From: Oligoflexales bacterium
Lineage (GTDB): Bacteria > Bdellovibrionota_B > Oligoflexia > Oligoflexales > JAPPIL01
DNA: 64,000 bases
Assembly (NCBI GenBank): GCA_965226195.1
Contig: OZ245333.1
Coordinates: forward strand, 1,313,759-1,377,758
Direction of reading: 5' to 3'
A program made the position numbers and the translations under genes. Below, piece by piece: positions 49,270 through 59,241 of the stretch (position 1 is its first letter; each line of letters opens with the position of its first letter). Below the pieces are notes generated by a model, which saw only the letters and a list, made by a program, of their open reading frames with translations, did no database searches and was not told where the DNA came from.

Positions 49270-49455
49270 CCTCACGCCGCGGCATGTGTTGCTCAGCAGC
49301 GTGCAAATGCCCGGTATAACCCACACCGTCAACGGCAAGAAGATGTAAGTAGCCGTTAAACGTGCGTTAGAGGGCGAGCATGCTCACAATCGTGCAGCAA
49401 TGGCTAATCCACAGGCGTTAGATTATTTTATTAAAATTAGTGCAGATTTTCTTGA
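49264..49455 (+). pseudogene. relic duplicate of the acetoacetyl-CoA synthetase 3' end
   Basis: Aligns with 47693-47882. The relic reads LTPRHVLLSSVQMPGITHTVNGKKM*VAVKRALEGEHAHNRAAMANPQALDYFIKISADF. The live gene reads LTPRHVPRSIVQVPDIPYTVNGKKMELAVKCVLAGEHVHNRAAMANPQAIDYFTKISKDFA. Confidence 0.85.
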
Positions 49456-49563
49456 CTATGTTGAAAATTAGTATTATTGTCGGGCTTATCGTTGGTTTGT
49501 AGTGCATAATGTAAGTTTATGTCGCAAATCTTTTTTTTAATTTTTAATCAGGAGGTTAAATAG

Positions 49564-50676
49564 ATGATATTTATATTGTTTTTGGTAATTACCTTGTCAT
49601 CTATCGGTGCTCAGGTAAGTGCGGCAACTCCAGATATGGAAACAACAAGAAGAGCGGTAGAGGCGGCACGTGGTGTCTATCGTGCATTGTCTGAGTCTGG
49701 AAAAATTCTAGGCATACAAGGGATGAGTGCGCTGTTGGTCGATGGTTTTCTGCAAAAATTCTGGTGGGAGGAAAGTGCGAGTAGCACTTATTTAGACCTA
49801 CTCAGCAGTACTCGTGCTATTGATGTCAATTCCGACCTCGCTAATGGTCGCACTATCCTGCACGCACTTGCGATAGAGGGGGGACAGAATGACATTGAGA
49901 TGGTGCAGCTTTTCACCAAGTACACGGACACCAAGCTCGATGTGATAGATGACATAGAAGGAGATTCGCCCATCGAACTTGCGGCGAGGAGTGATAACTT
50001 GGTGGTGGTGAAAGCTATGCTGCCAGCTAGAGGCTACAGCGAGGATGAATACAAAAAACTGCTGCAGCTTGCAGTGGAAAACAATAATGCGGAGATGGTG
50101 GGGGCACTTGTAGAATACGGTTACAGTAAACGACATGAGGATAAACAATTGGCCACCTATCCCAATCTTTTCTTGGGTGAGGCATGGGAGACCGAGGTAA
50201 ACGTAGCTGAGATTATTATCAAGCACGGTGGTGATCCTAACTACAAAAAACCTGTGGAAAAGCTGGTCAAACGGTATGCTGGAGTGCCGTCTGATCATTG
50301 GGATGGAAGCTGGCATTGGTTTAGCCATGAAAAATGGCAAGAGGCAGAGCCACTGCGGCAACCTATCTACAATCAGGTAAAAACTCTGCTTGAACGCGGT
50401 GCTGATTTAAGCAAGTCACCGTATATTTTAGATAATATCATGGATAGAGAGATGACCTTCCTGCTGCTCGAACACGGTGCTAAACTCGATCACAAGCGTC
50501 ATCTCAACCAATCTCTGAATTTTTCGCCAGGAAACAACAGTGGCTGGAGTATTATTGTCCGTGATGGAGTCATGTCTCTCAGCGATTCTGATGATGGTAC
50601 TCTGTTCCATGCTTATCTGGAGGCGCAGAAGCAGGAAGCGATACTTGAGCGCTTAGAGAAAACGGAACAACAATAA
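49564..50676 (+). CDS. secreted ankyrin-repeat protein
   Basis: Signal MIFILFLVITLSSIGAQVSA. ANK-like repeats are present (GRTILHALAIEGGQNDIEMVQL, GDSPIELAARSDNLVVVKAML, LLERGADL, LLEHGAKL). Confidence 0.7.
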   Translation: MIFILFLVITLSSIGAQVSAATPDMETTRRAVEAARGVYRALSESGKILGIQGMSALLVDGFLQKFWWEESASSTYLDLLSSTRAIDVNSDLANGRTILHALAIEGGQNDIEMVQLFTKYTDTKLDVIDDIEGDSPIELAARSDNLVVVKAMLPARGYSEDEYKKLLQLAVENNNAEMVGALVEYGYSKRHEDKQLATYPNLFLGEAWETEVNVAEIIIKHGGDPNYKKPVEKLVKRYAGVPSDHWDGSWHWFSHEKWQEAEPLRQPIYNQVKTLLERGADLSKSPYILDNIMDREMTFLLLEHGAKLDHKRHLNQSLNFSPGNNSGWSIIVRDGVMSLSDSDDGTLFHAYLEAQKQEAILERLEKTEQQ

Positions 50677-50732
50677 GTTTTTACCCGATGAGATATTTAG
50701 GCCACCGCGCTCTTGCAAGGTGGCCACCTTTC

Positions 50733-52700
50733 TTACTCCCACCATGCCAGCACCCTTTGAGTAACGGCCGCGACGGTAAAACCAAAATGTTCAGCAAGAT
50801 CGCGGCCCCGCGCACTTTTGCCGAACTGTTCAACACTGATGCATAGCCCCGCATCGCCACGATAACCTTCCCAGCCTTGTGCAACGCCAGCTTCAATTAT
50901 CACTCGTTTGCGCTGTGTTGAGGGCAATACTTGTTCACGATAGGTGCGTTCCTGCTGCACAAAAATTTCTCGACAAGGCATCGACACCACCCGTGTCTGC
51001 AAGTTGTGCTGACGATTAAGGTGCTCGGCAACTTGCAGTGCTAGTGCTACTTCACTGCCAGTCGCGATGCAGAGCAGATCGCGGGCGTTTTCGCCTGCTA
51101 GCACATAGCCGCCGCGAGCAATGTCAGTTCGCTGTTGTGCGGTGCGCCGCAACAGGGGCACGTCTTGGCGTGTCAAGCAGAAAGCCGTGGGCAAAGAAGT
51201 ATTCGCCGCCACTTGAAACATCACCTCTGTCTCCTCCGCATCGGCGGGGCGGATAACATAGAAGTCAGGTATCGCTCGCAAACTCGACAAGTGCTCGACG
51301 GGTTGATGTGTCGGCCCGTCTTCGCCGACAAAAAAAGAATCGTGCGTGAACTCGTGTATTACCTTCAGTCGTTGCAGCGCAGCCAGCCGCAGTGCGGGAC
51401 GCATGTAGTCGGAGAAACACAAAAAGGTTGCGTCGAAGGGCAACATGCCGCCGAACAGGGCAATGCCGTTGACGATTGCCGCCATAGGAAATTCACGCAC
51501 ACCAAAAGCCAAACCCCGTCCGTCACGTTTAGCAGCAGTGAATTCACCGACATAAGTGTTGAAGTCTTGCGTCATGTTCGATGGTTCGAGGTCAGCACTG
51601 CCGCCCATCAAGGTCGGCAAATGCTCGGCATAGTGGCGTAGAATTTTGCCGAAAGCCTTGCGTGTCGCTAGTTTTTCACCTTCCCAAGTGAGAGCAGGCA
51701 CGGCCTCGAAATCAACCGTGGGCTGATAATGTTTGTTCCAGCGTGCGGCGAAGTCTTGGCCGGCTTGTTTTTTGTCAAATTGAGCGTTTTTGTTACGCAC
51801 GAATTCACGCTGCCCTTGCATTTTTTCTTGCCAAAAATCTTGTGCCGCGGCAGGCCAGAAAAATTTTGTCTTACCTTCCACACCAAGTTTTTGCCGACTG
51901 AACTGTGCTTCTTGTGCTGGCAACGGTGCGCCGTGATAACGATGGTCGCCCTCGACCGCGTGTGTGCCCTTACCCATCACTGTGTTGCTAATAATCAGCA
52001 GTGGTTGACGGCGTGCGCTGCGTATCGATGCCAATGCACTCCTGATTTGTGCGTGGTTATGCCCATCGATGGTTACCACCTGCCAGCCAAAGCCAGTGAA
52101 GATTGCCGCGTAATCGTCAGAGGTCACGCGCGCGATCGCACCCGAAATTTGGCGGCAGTTCTTGTCATAAATCCAAGTCAAATTAGATAGGGCGAGATGC
52201 CCCGCATAAGATGCCGCCGCAAGCGTAACACCTTCTTGCATACAGCCGTCGCCGAGCAGTGCGACGATCTGCTGGTCGAACAGCTCTGGGCCAAATTTTT
52301 CGCGCTGATAGAGTGCAGAGATGGCAAAGCCGACTGCCATCGCCGCACCTTGACCGAGCGGCCCTGTCGTGCATTCGACACCGGGTAAGTGTTGTTCGGG
52401 ATGGCCGGGCGTGCGGGAATCGAATTGGCGAAAGTTTTGTAAGTCTTCTACGTTGAGATAACCGATAGCATAGTGCAGGGCGTAGAGCAGCATCGACATG
52501 TGCCCAGCACTCAAGATAAACCGATCGCGCCAGTGCCATTGAGAGTCGTCGGGGTCGTAGCGCAGATACTCGGCGAACAGCAGCGTCGCCAAGTCCATCG
52601 CCGACAGCGCCCCGCCGATATGCCCGCTCTGTGCTTCTTGCACGGCATCGATGACCATCGCCCGCAAGTAGTCGCTTATTTTTTGCAGTGTCATAGACAT
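50733..52700 (-). CDS. tkt: transketolase
   Basis: SGHIGGALSAMDL, GDGCMQEGV (TPP motif). Transketolase-like along its full length (655 aa). Confidence 0.95.
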   Translation of the reverse strand: MSMTLQKISDYLRAMVIDAVQEAQSGHIGGALSAMDLATLLFAEYLRYDPDDSQWHWRDRFILSAGHMSMLLYALHYAIGYLNVEDLQNFRQFDSRTPGHPEQHLPGVECTTGPLGQGAAMAVGFAISALYQREKFGPELFDQQIVALLGDGCMQEGVTLAAASYAGHLALSNLTWIYDKNCRQISGAIARVTSDDYAAIFTGFGWQVVTIDGHNHAQIRSALASIRSARRQPLLIISNTVMGKGTHAVEGDHRYHGAPLPAQEAQFSRQKLGVEGKTKFFWPAAAQDFWQEKMQGQREFVRNKNAQFDKKQAGQDFAARWNKHYQPTVDFEAVPALTWEGEKLATRKAFGKILRHYAEHLPTLMGGSADLEPSNMTQDFNTYVGEFTAAKRDGRGLAFGVREFPMAAIVNGIALFGGMLPFDATFLCFSDYMRPALRLAALQRLKVIHEFTHDSFFVGEDGPTHQPVEHLSSLRAIPDFYVIRPADAEETEVMFQVAANTSLPTAFCLTRQDVPLLRRTAQQRTDIARGGYVLAGENARDLLCIATGSEVALALQVAEHLNRQHNLQTRVVSMPCREIFVQQERTYREQVLPSTQRKRVIIEAGVAQGWEGYRGDAGLCISVEQFGKSARGRDLAEHFGFTVAAVTQRVLAWWE

Positions 52701-53578
52701 AAAGCCTCTTCGCCCTCAGCGACACAGACATCGTACTTGGTCTTGTTGAACCACGTAATCTGACGCTTGGCATACTGGCGTGTGGCGTAGACAATTCTCG
52801 TTGCCAGTTCTTTTTCCTCCAGCTCACCGCGCAGATAGGCGACGACCTGCCGATAGCCGATACTCTGCATCGGCTTTGCCTGTGGCGGGCAGCCACTCGC
52901 CAGCAATGTTTTTACCTCTGCAACCAGCCCCGCGGTGAGCACGTCCCTTGTGCGTGCCTCAATACGGCGATGCAATTCTTCCCGCGCTGGTTTGAGATAG
53001 ATGACCCGCGGCGACAGTTCTTCGCCCACGACCCGCGGCAACTCGTGTCTCGCCTTGCCGCTCACCTGCGCAATCTCAATGGCACGCAACAGCCGCACCC
53101 GATCGGCAGGGTGAATCTGTGCTGCTCGCTGGGGGTCAAGTTTTCGCAAACGCTGTGCCAGCTGGATATTGGTCAGACACTCCATTTCGGTGCGCAAGGC
53201 CGTGTCCGCGGGCGGTGCGTCGTGCCAGTTGTAGCCGAGCAGAGCACGCCAGTAAAGACCGCAGCCACCCACTACCAGTGCCGTGCGGCCACGGGCAAGG
53301 ATGTCAGCAATCACTCCCCGCGCCGCGTTGCGATAGCGTCCTGCACTATAGTCTTCGTGTGCCGCAACACTGTCGATAAGATGATGCACGATCTGACGAC
53401 GTGCTGCGGTATCAGGCTTGACCGCACCGATGTCAAAACCACGATAGACCAGCACCGAGTCGCAGATGACTATTTCCGCATCGAGCTGGGCCGCAAGGCG
53501 CATTGCCAGCGCACTCTTACCCGCGGCCGTTGGGCCGATGATGCCTACTACCCTGTCTTTGGCGTAGACCAAGACCAC
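52691..53578 (-). CDS. miaA: tRNA dimethylallyltransferase
   Basis: P-loop GPTAAGKSALAMRLA and DSVLVYRGFDIGAVKP. It overlaps the tkt start by 10 nt. Confidence 0.93.
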   Translation of the reverse strand: MVLVYAKDRVVGIIGPTAAGKSALAMRLAAQLDAEIVICDSVLVYRGFDIGAVKPDTAARRQIVHHLIDSVAAHEDYSAGRYRNAARGVIADILARGRTALVVGGCGLYWRALLGYNWHDAPPADTALRTEMECLTNIQLAQRLRKLDPQRAAQIHPADRVRLLRAIEIAQVSGKARHELPRVVGEELSPRVIYLKPAREELHRRIEARTRDVLTAGLVAEVKTLLASGCPPQAKPMQSIGYRQVVAYLRGELEEKELATRIVYATRQYAKRQITWFNKTKYDVCVAEGEEALCL

Positions 53579-53756
53579 ACCCTCACAAAATTAACACCCT
53601 CCTTATACAAAAAATGAGCACTCGATACGAATGTGTTCGGAGCAGATGTATGAATTAGCGATAAAGCTGGATTTTCCACCCAATCTTAGCTAGAGCAGGA
53701 CGATACCGTCTTGACAATGAAAATGCTCGGCAGGTATTTTCATCATCTATCGGGCT

Positions 53757-56270
53757 ATGTCCCCTACCTGTAACAGATGTGGTGTTATGTATACCGTCTC
53801 AAAGTATCTAAAATCTTTTCATCTCGAAACGGCGACGGCCTTGAAAGAGCCACTTGCCGAGAAAAATGCAATAAAATTAAATGCTTGTGCAATTAAAAAG
53901 CGTATTGTGTTTCCCTCAGGTCAGGCAACGCTGGCCAGTGACGACCTTGATTTGCAGTCACGTCTCTGGCTGCGCAAGAGCCAGAATTTGCAGAAAGCGA
54001 AGCGAGATGGCTTCGTGTTTATCTCGTTGACTGAGCGTGACACACGTTCCCCCGATTTTTGTCAGGTTGGGATTGAGGCGAAGCTGGTCAAGTCGCTCAA
54101 CCTCGACAACGGCGAGAAGGGCTATCTCGTGCGTGGGGTGCGTCGTATGCTGGTCGCATCGCTGGCACGCAAGGAAGACGGTGGCTATCACTCGGTGGTG
54201 AAGCCAATCGAGAACAGCGCACGCGTATCGTCACGCCGTATTTTGCGACAAGTCAGCAGTTTGCGTGCTTCGCTGTCGAAGTTATTGAAATTAAACGATA
54301 ATATTGACAGCAAGACCCGTGCTTTGCTGTTGAGCAGCACCGAAGACCCGCACCGTCTCTGCGATTTGATCGCACCGCACCTGACCATGACCTACGAGGA
54401 ACAGCTGCCGCTGCTGTCGTTGCCCCAGCTTACTGTTCGCCTCGCACTGGTGAGCAAGTATCTCAACCGTGAGATCGAACTACTGAAGTATTCATCTGAC
54501 ATTCAGAAACAGGTCGAGGAGCAGATTACCGCAGGCGAGCGTGCCAACTTCATCAGAGAGCAAATCAAGACCTTACAGGACGAACTAGCCGATCTTGACG
54601 AGCATAGTTCGGAGGTCAAGAGCCTGACCAACGCGGTGCAGCGTGCTGATTTGCCACCCCGTGTGCGTGAGATTGTCTTCAGCGAACTGGAAAAAATAGA
54701 CCTCGCCCCCTATGGTTCAAGCGAATACATGATTTCGCACCAATACCTCAGCTGGCTGAAAGACCTGCCGTGGCAAAGCAAACCGTTCGTGCTCCCCGAG
54801 CTTGATAAAGCCTCGAAGATACTCAACAAAAACCATTTTGGGCTTACCGCTATCAAGGAGCGTATTCTCGAACATCTGGCGGTTATTATTCACAGAAGAA
54901 AGATCGAGGGGCAGATTTTGCTGTTTGTCGGCCCCCCCGGCGTTGGCAAAACCTCGCTGGTCAAGTCGATTGCCGATGCACTGCAACGTAAGATGGTCAA
55001 GATTTCGCTCGGCGGCATGAAAGAAGAGATCGAGATTCGCGGCCTGCGCCGTACCTACGTCGGGGCGATGCCGGGGCGCATCATTCAAGCTATTAAGCAA
55101 GTCGGCGACAGCAGTGCGGTGATTTTGCTCGACGAACTCGACAAACTTGGCAACAGCGATAAGCACAACGACGTGCAGGCAGCGCTGCTGGAAGTGCTTG
55201 ATTACCAGCATAACAAGGCATTCAAGGATCTTTACCTCGACGTGCCGTTTGACCTGTCCAGTATTCTGTTTGTCGCGACAGCTAACGATAGCAGCACGAT
55301 TCCTGCCACACTGTTGAGTCGCATGGAAGTCGTCGAGCTGTCCTCCTACAGCGATCAAGAAAAAATAAAAATTGCGCAGAAACACCTCCTGCCGCAAATC
55401 AGAAAAAAATTACAGATCGCCCCGCGCCGCTTCAACTTTGACAAGGAGGCACTGCTCGCCGTCATCAAGAACTATACACAGGAAGCGGGTGTGCGACAGC
55501 TACAGCGCAAGATCGAGGACATCGGCCGCAAGGTAATCAGACAGCACGTTGCCTTTCGCCAGGAAATTCCCACCTCTATCAGCGGGGCAAGTGTCAATCA
55601 GCATCTCGGCAAGCCGCTCTACCACGACGAGCCGAACGACTTGACCTTGCCACCGGGGGTGGCTGTCGGGCTTGCTTGCACCGCTTTCGGGGGTGAAATA
55701 ATGTATGTCGAGACTATGCAGATGGCGGACAAAAACGGTGGGCTGTTGCTGACGGGATTGCCGGGCAAGGTGATGCAGGAGAGTGCGGCGATGGCACGCT
55801 CGGTAATTACCGCATTGGCAGAAGAACTTGGCATCGAGGCCGCAAGATTGGAAAACTCGCGCCTGCACGTGCATCTGCCCGATGGTGCAACCCCGAAAGA
55901 TGGCCCCAGTGCTGGCTTGGCGGTGTTGCTGGCCTTGACCAGCCTGCTGACTCGCCGTAAAATAAGAGCAAGCCTTGCTGTCAGCGGTGAGATTACCCTG
56001 CGTGGTCAAGTGTTGCCCGTTGGCGGAGTCAAAGAGAAAATGCTCGCGGCCTTTCGCTATCGCAAAAAAGAAATTGTCTTGCCACGTGCCAATTTGTGCG
56101 ATCTACTTGAAGTGCCAGACGAAGTGCTGCGCGCTCTTTCCTTCTACCCAGTGGCAACCATGCGTGAAGCTCTGGTCTGTGCTCGCCTGTTGCCCGTTGC
56201 CCGTCCTGTGCCTGCACCGCAACGCTTGCGCAAGAAGGACATTCTGGCCCTGCTTGCAGAATCGCAATGA
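53757..56270 (+). CDS. lon: ATP-dependent Lon protease
   Basis: Walker A GPPGVGKTSL and the catalytic PKDGPSAG...GGVKEK Ser-Lys dyad. The start is uncertain because a TTGACA-18-TATTTT promoter-like site at 53710-53739 lies very close to 53757. Confidence 0.93.
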   Translation: MSPTCNRCGVMYTVSKYLKSFHLETATALKEPLAEKNAIKLNACAIKKRIVFPSGQATLASDDLDLQSRLWLRKSQNLQKAKRDGFVFISLTERDTRSPDFCQVGIEAKLVKSLNLDNGEKGYLVRGVRRMLVASLARKEDGGYHSVVKPIENSARVSSRRILRQVSSLRASLSKLLKLNDNIDSKTRALLLSSTEDPHRLCDLIAPHLTMTYEEQLPLLSLPQLTVRLALVSKYLNREIELLKYSSDIQKQVEEQITAGERANFIREQIKTLQDELADLDEHSSEVKSLTNAVQRADLPPRVREIVFSELEKIDLAPYGSSEYMISHQYLSWLKDLPWQSKPFVLPELDKASKILNKNHFGLTAIKERILEHLAVIIHRRKIEGQILLFVGPPGVGKTSLVKSIADALQRKMVKISLGGMKEEIEIRGLRRTYVGAMPGRIIQAIKQVGDSSAVILLDELDKLGNSDKHNDVQAALLEVLDYQHNKAFKDLYLDVPFDLSSILFVATANDSSTIPATLLSRMEVVELSSYSDQEKIKIAQKHLLPQIRKKLQIAPRRFNFDKEALLAVIKNYTQEAGVRQLQRKIEDIGRKVIRQHVAFRQEIPTSISGASVNQHLGKPLYHDEPNDLTLPPGVAVGLACTAFGGEIMYVETMQMADKNGGLLLTGLPGKVMQESAAMARSVITALAEELGIEAARLENSRLHVHLPDGATPKDGPSAGLAVLLALTSLLTRRKIRASLAVSGEITLRGQVLPVGGVKEKMLAAFRYRKKEIVLPRANLCDLLEVPDEVLRALSFYPVATMREALVCARLLPVARPVPAPQRLRKKDILALLAESQ

Positions 56271-57451
56271 ACACGATCCTCTATGCCGATGCCAATGCAG
56301 GCTTGCCCGCCACTGCTCGCCACCTCGATCAGGTTTGCAAACGTCTGCTGGCGGCGGACGGCAACCCATCGAGCGTGCATGTCTTCGGACGCAAGGCACG
56401 TATCGCACTGGAGGAATCACGCCGCTACATCTGCAGCTACCTCAAGATAACACCAGATCAGTTTATCTTTACCTCTGGTGGCACGGAGAGCAATAACCTT
56501 GTCATGCGTGCTCGCCTCACCGCGGGCAAGACACCGCATATCATCTACACCGCAGGCGATCATCCCTCAGTGCGTGCTACCGCGACACACTTGAGCGAAC
56601 AAGGCCTGTGCCGTATCGACAAGATACCCCTCGACCGTGATGGCATTGTGCAACGCGACAAGCTCGCACAGCTACTGTGCGATGACACGGTGCTCGTCTG
56701 CTTGACACATGCTAACAGCGAGACGGGAGTCATCAACGATGTCGTGGCACTCGCACGACTGGTGCAAGACCTTCAGCCCCAAGCACACGTGCATTGCGAT
56801 GCGGTACAGACACTGGGTAAGCTCGATTTGCAGGGTTTTTTCAACGACACCGCCATCGACAGTGCCGCGTTTTCGGCGCACAAGCTTGGTGCATTGAAAG
56901 GCTGCGGCGGTCTCTATATCAAGGACAGTCACGCCTTGTCAGCTCAGCTAAGCGGCGGCTCACAAGAACAGCAGCGTCGCGCCGGCACGGAAAACCTCAG
57001 CGGCATCATTTCCTTCGGTCTTGTCATTGCCGCACTGGAAGAACGACTACCGCGCTGGCAACAGCATGTGCAGCAACTCAAGAACCTCCTGTGCGCCGAA
57101 CTCGCTAACATTCCCAACCTCGTGCTGCACGGCAGCCAAGCACACTGTTTGCTAAACACGGTCAGCTTTCATATCGACGGTGTGTGTGGCGAAGATCTGG
57201 TCTTAGGCCTCGACCTCGCGGGTTTCGCTGTTTCTAGCGGCAGTGCCTGCTCGTCAGGTATCTCCCGCAGCAGCCGTGTCCTCGAGGCGATGGGTTATGA
57301 AGATGATGTTGCCAGCAACGCCGTGCGGGTTAGCTTCACCACCCAAGGCGATCGTCACGACATCGTGCGCATGGCCGAAGTGATACGCACTGTGGTTAAG
57401 AACAGCAGCCCTCAGCAGCGGAGACAAGAGCCTGCTGCACTTAATCACTGA
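56267..57451 (+). CDS. cysteine desulfurase (NifS/IscS-like, class V aminotransferase)
   Basis: PLP-Lys motif SAHKLG and catalytic loop SSGSACSSG. It overlaps lon by 4 nt. Confidence 0.9.
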   Translation: MNTILYADANAGLPATARHLDQVCKRLLAADGNPSSVHVFGRKARIALEESRRYICSYLKITPDQFIFTSGGTESNNLVMRARLTAGKTPHIIYTAGDHPSVRATATHLSEQGLCRIDKIPLDRDGIVQRDKLAQLLCDDTVLVCLTHANSETGVINDVVALARLVQDLQPQAHVHCDAVQTLGKLDLQGFFNDTAIDSAAFSAHKLGALKGCGGLYIKDSHALSAQLSGGSQEQQRRAGTENLSGIISFGLVIAALEERLPRWQQHVQQLKNLLCAELANIPNLVLHGSQAHCLLNTVSFHIDGVCGEDLVLGLDLAGFAVSSGSACSSGISRSSRVLEAMGYEDDVASNAVRVSFTTQGDRHDIVRMAEVIRTVVKNSSPQQRRQEPAALNH

Positions 57452-57652
57452 ACAAAACGACAGGTGCGCCAACAAGGGAGAGTTTGCTGACGCACCAATC
57501 TCCAGCCGGGAATATCGGTCGCACCCGCGCCGGAATTCTATTACCACCCTCTTATTCAAGTGATCGGAATTTTTTAAACTTTTGTAAAAAAATATAATTT
57601 ACTCTTTTTATTTTAAGATGTTATCTGGCTATTTTTTTGACGTGCTCCTACC

Positions 57653-58058
57653 GGCTTTGTTGCATAACTCAGGGCCGGCATGTTTATATCCTATAACCCT
57701 TCAGCAGTAAGAATTTTATAGGTGTTGCCAAGGTAATGCCTGCACCACGCACAAGCCCGTAGTGTCCACAGAAGTTGACAATGGTCAGGTGCAAGCAGAC
57801 CTGCAAACCATTTCACGCCAATGCTTCAGCTGGAGCTAGGAAGCGACAAAGAGCATGCACACATGTGTGCATGCTGCAGCAGGATGATTGCACCTGACTC
57901 AAACGAGAAGTCTGCGAACACGCAGGGGTGTGGAGCTAGGCGTGCCTTCGGGCACGCCTTTGGCAAAGAGCCGCGCAAAGCGGGGAGGGGAACGATCCCC
58001 ACATAAAAGTGCTATGATAACAGCATGTTATAATCAACGGAACTTATGCAACAAAGCC
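57653..58058. mobile_element. MITE copy 2 (406 bp)
   Basis: GGCTTTGTTGCATAACT ... ACTTATGCAACAAAGCC. The interior is near-identical to 41140-41620. Confidence 0.88.
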
Positions 58059-58109
58059 GAGTCAGCCACCCCACATAGCTAGCTGACTCCCTATTTTCGT
58101 GATGCTCGC

Positions 58110-58916
58110 CTAGAGCGCTAAGGCATCCGCGTTGACTTTGAGTTTGTAGAACCGTGCCATTGCCTTCAGTATGACCCGCAGGTTGTCGTCATCCTCCAAG
58201 CTAGTCACGTTACGGAAACTGGTAACAGAAGTAACGTCATGCCAGTATTGATGTGTGACAATGGCAGTTGGGCTGAACTGATGCGTAAAAAAGCCAGTTT
58301 TTATTGCCTTGGGGTATGCTCGACCTGCGTCATCACCGCTACGCTTCCTGCGTGCGTCTCGCTTAGTAAGCTTTATCCATTCATGAACCGCAACAATTGC
58401 CATGCCAGTACCAAAAACAATACTGGCAGTACCAAAAAGAATCGGGAATTCACTTGTGTAGCCAGTTGATATAGCCAACGCCACATCAAGTACTCCTGTC
58501 CCAATGAGTAGAGTACCTAAAATCCCATTCGTTACAACTCTTTCCCCAACGCCATCTGCTTCATCGAGCGGCGACTGACCTAGCTCTCTAGCTTCAGATG
58601 CGAATTCAGATTCCAGATGTGTGACATCCTTATGTGCTGCATCCAGCTTGTTGCCGATAAAATCAACCTCTTGGCCACTTTTGCTCAGCAACGCACTGCG
58701 GCACACGTTCTTATCAGCAAACGTTGCGGCACTGTATTCTGGCAATTTTTTGCAGACCAGCAAACGATAGCGCTGATCTTTTGCTGTTGATCCAGCCTGC
58801 AAAGGCACGATTCCCAGCACATGTTCGCCGTTGGTTATCGCGGCGGTCTTTGCTACAGGACTCTGACCACAAGCACAGATAGCCAAACAAATTAATGAAG
58901 ATAATAGCTTAGACAT
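58110..58916 (-). CDS. hypothetical lipoprotein/membrane protein, tandem paralog 1
   Basis: The ATG at 58916 gives MSKLLSSLICLAICACGQ (lipobox). A central hydrophobic region is present, and the C-terminus ...MARFYKLKVNADALAL is conserved with paralog 2. Confidence 0.6.
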   Translation of the reverse strand: MSKLLSSLICLAICACGQSPVAKTAAITNGEHVLGIVPLQAGSTAKDQRYRLLVCKKLPEYSAATFADKNVCRSALLSKSGQEVDFIGNKLDAAHKDVTHLESEFASEARELGQSPLDEADGVGERVVTNGILGTLLIGTGVLDVALAISTGYTSEFPILFGTASIVFGTGMAIVAVHEWIKLTKRDARRKRSGDDAGRAYPKAIKTGFFTHQFSPTAIVTHQYWHDVTSVTSFRNVTSLEDDDNLRVILKAMARFYKLKVNADALAL

Positions 58917-59053
58917 GTTACTTTCCTTAAGTAAAATAGGCAAATCACATATATAATATTCACAATAATATTGCAATAGGAAATTTTTTAAAAAATTATA
59001 GTAAGTTACAGGTCAGCGGCACAGAGTTCAATTGAATTCAGCCGCGGGGCATT

Positions 59054-59194
59054 GCAGGCCAGCACACTGTTTGCTAAACACGGTCAGCTTTCATATCGAC
59101 GGTGTGTATGGAGAAGATCTGGTCTTAGGCCTCGACCTTGCCGGCTTTGCTGTTTCTAGCGGCAGTGCTTGTTCGTCAGGAATAGCTCGCAGCA
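59054..59194 (+). pseudogene. relic fragment of the cysteine desulfurase gene
   Basis: Aligns with 57131-57272 at roughly 90% identity by eye ([39 protein letters not shown]). Confidence 0.85.
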
Positions 59195-59241
59195 CAGCCA
59201 CCCCACATAGCTAGCTGACTCCCTATCTTAGTGATGCCCTC

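Noticed and set aside
52183-52896. 237-aa minus-strand ORF spanning the tkt-miaA junction
   Set aside because: It is an alternative frame of two unambiguous genes, and its product is Arg-rich and low-complexity.
54717-55397. 226-aa minus-strand ORF
   Set aside because: It is antisense to the Lon AAA+ domain.
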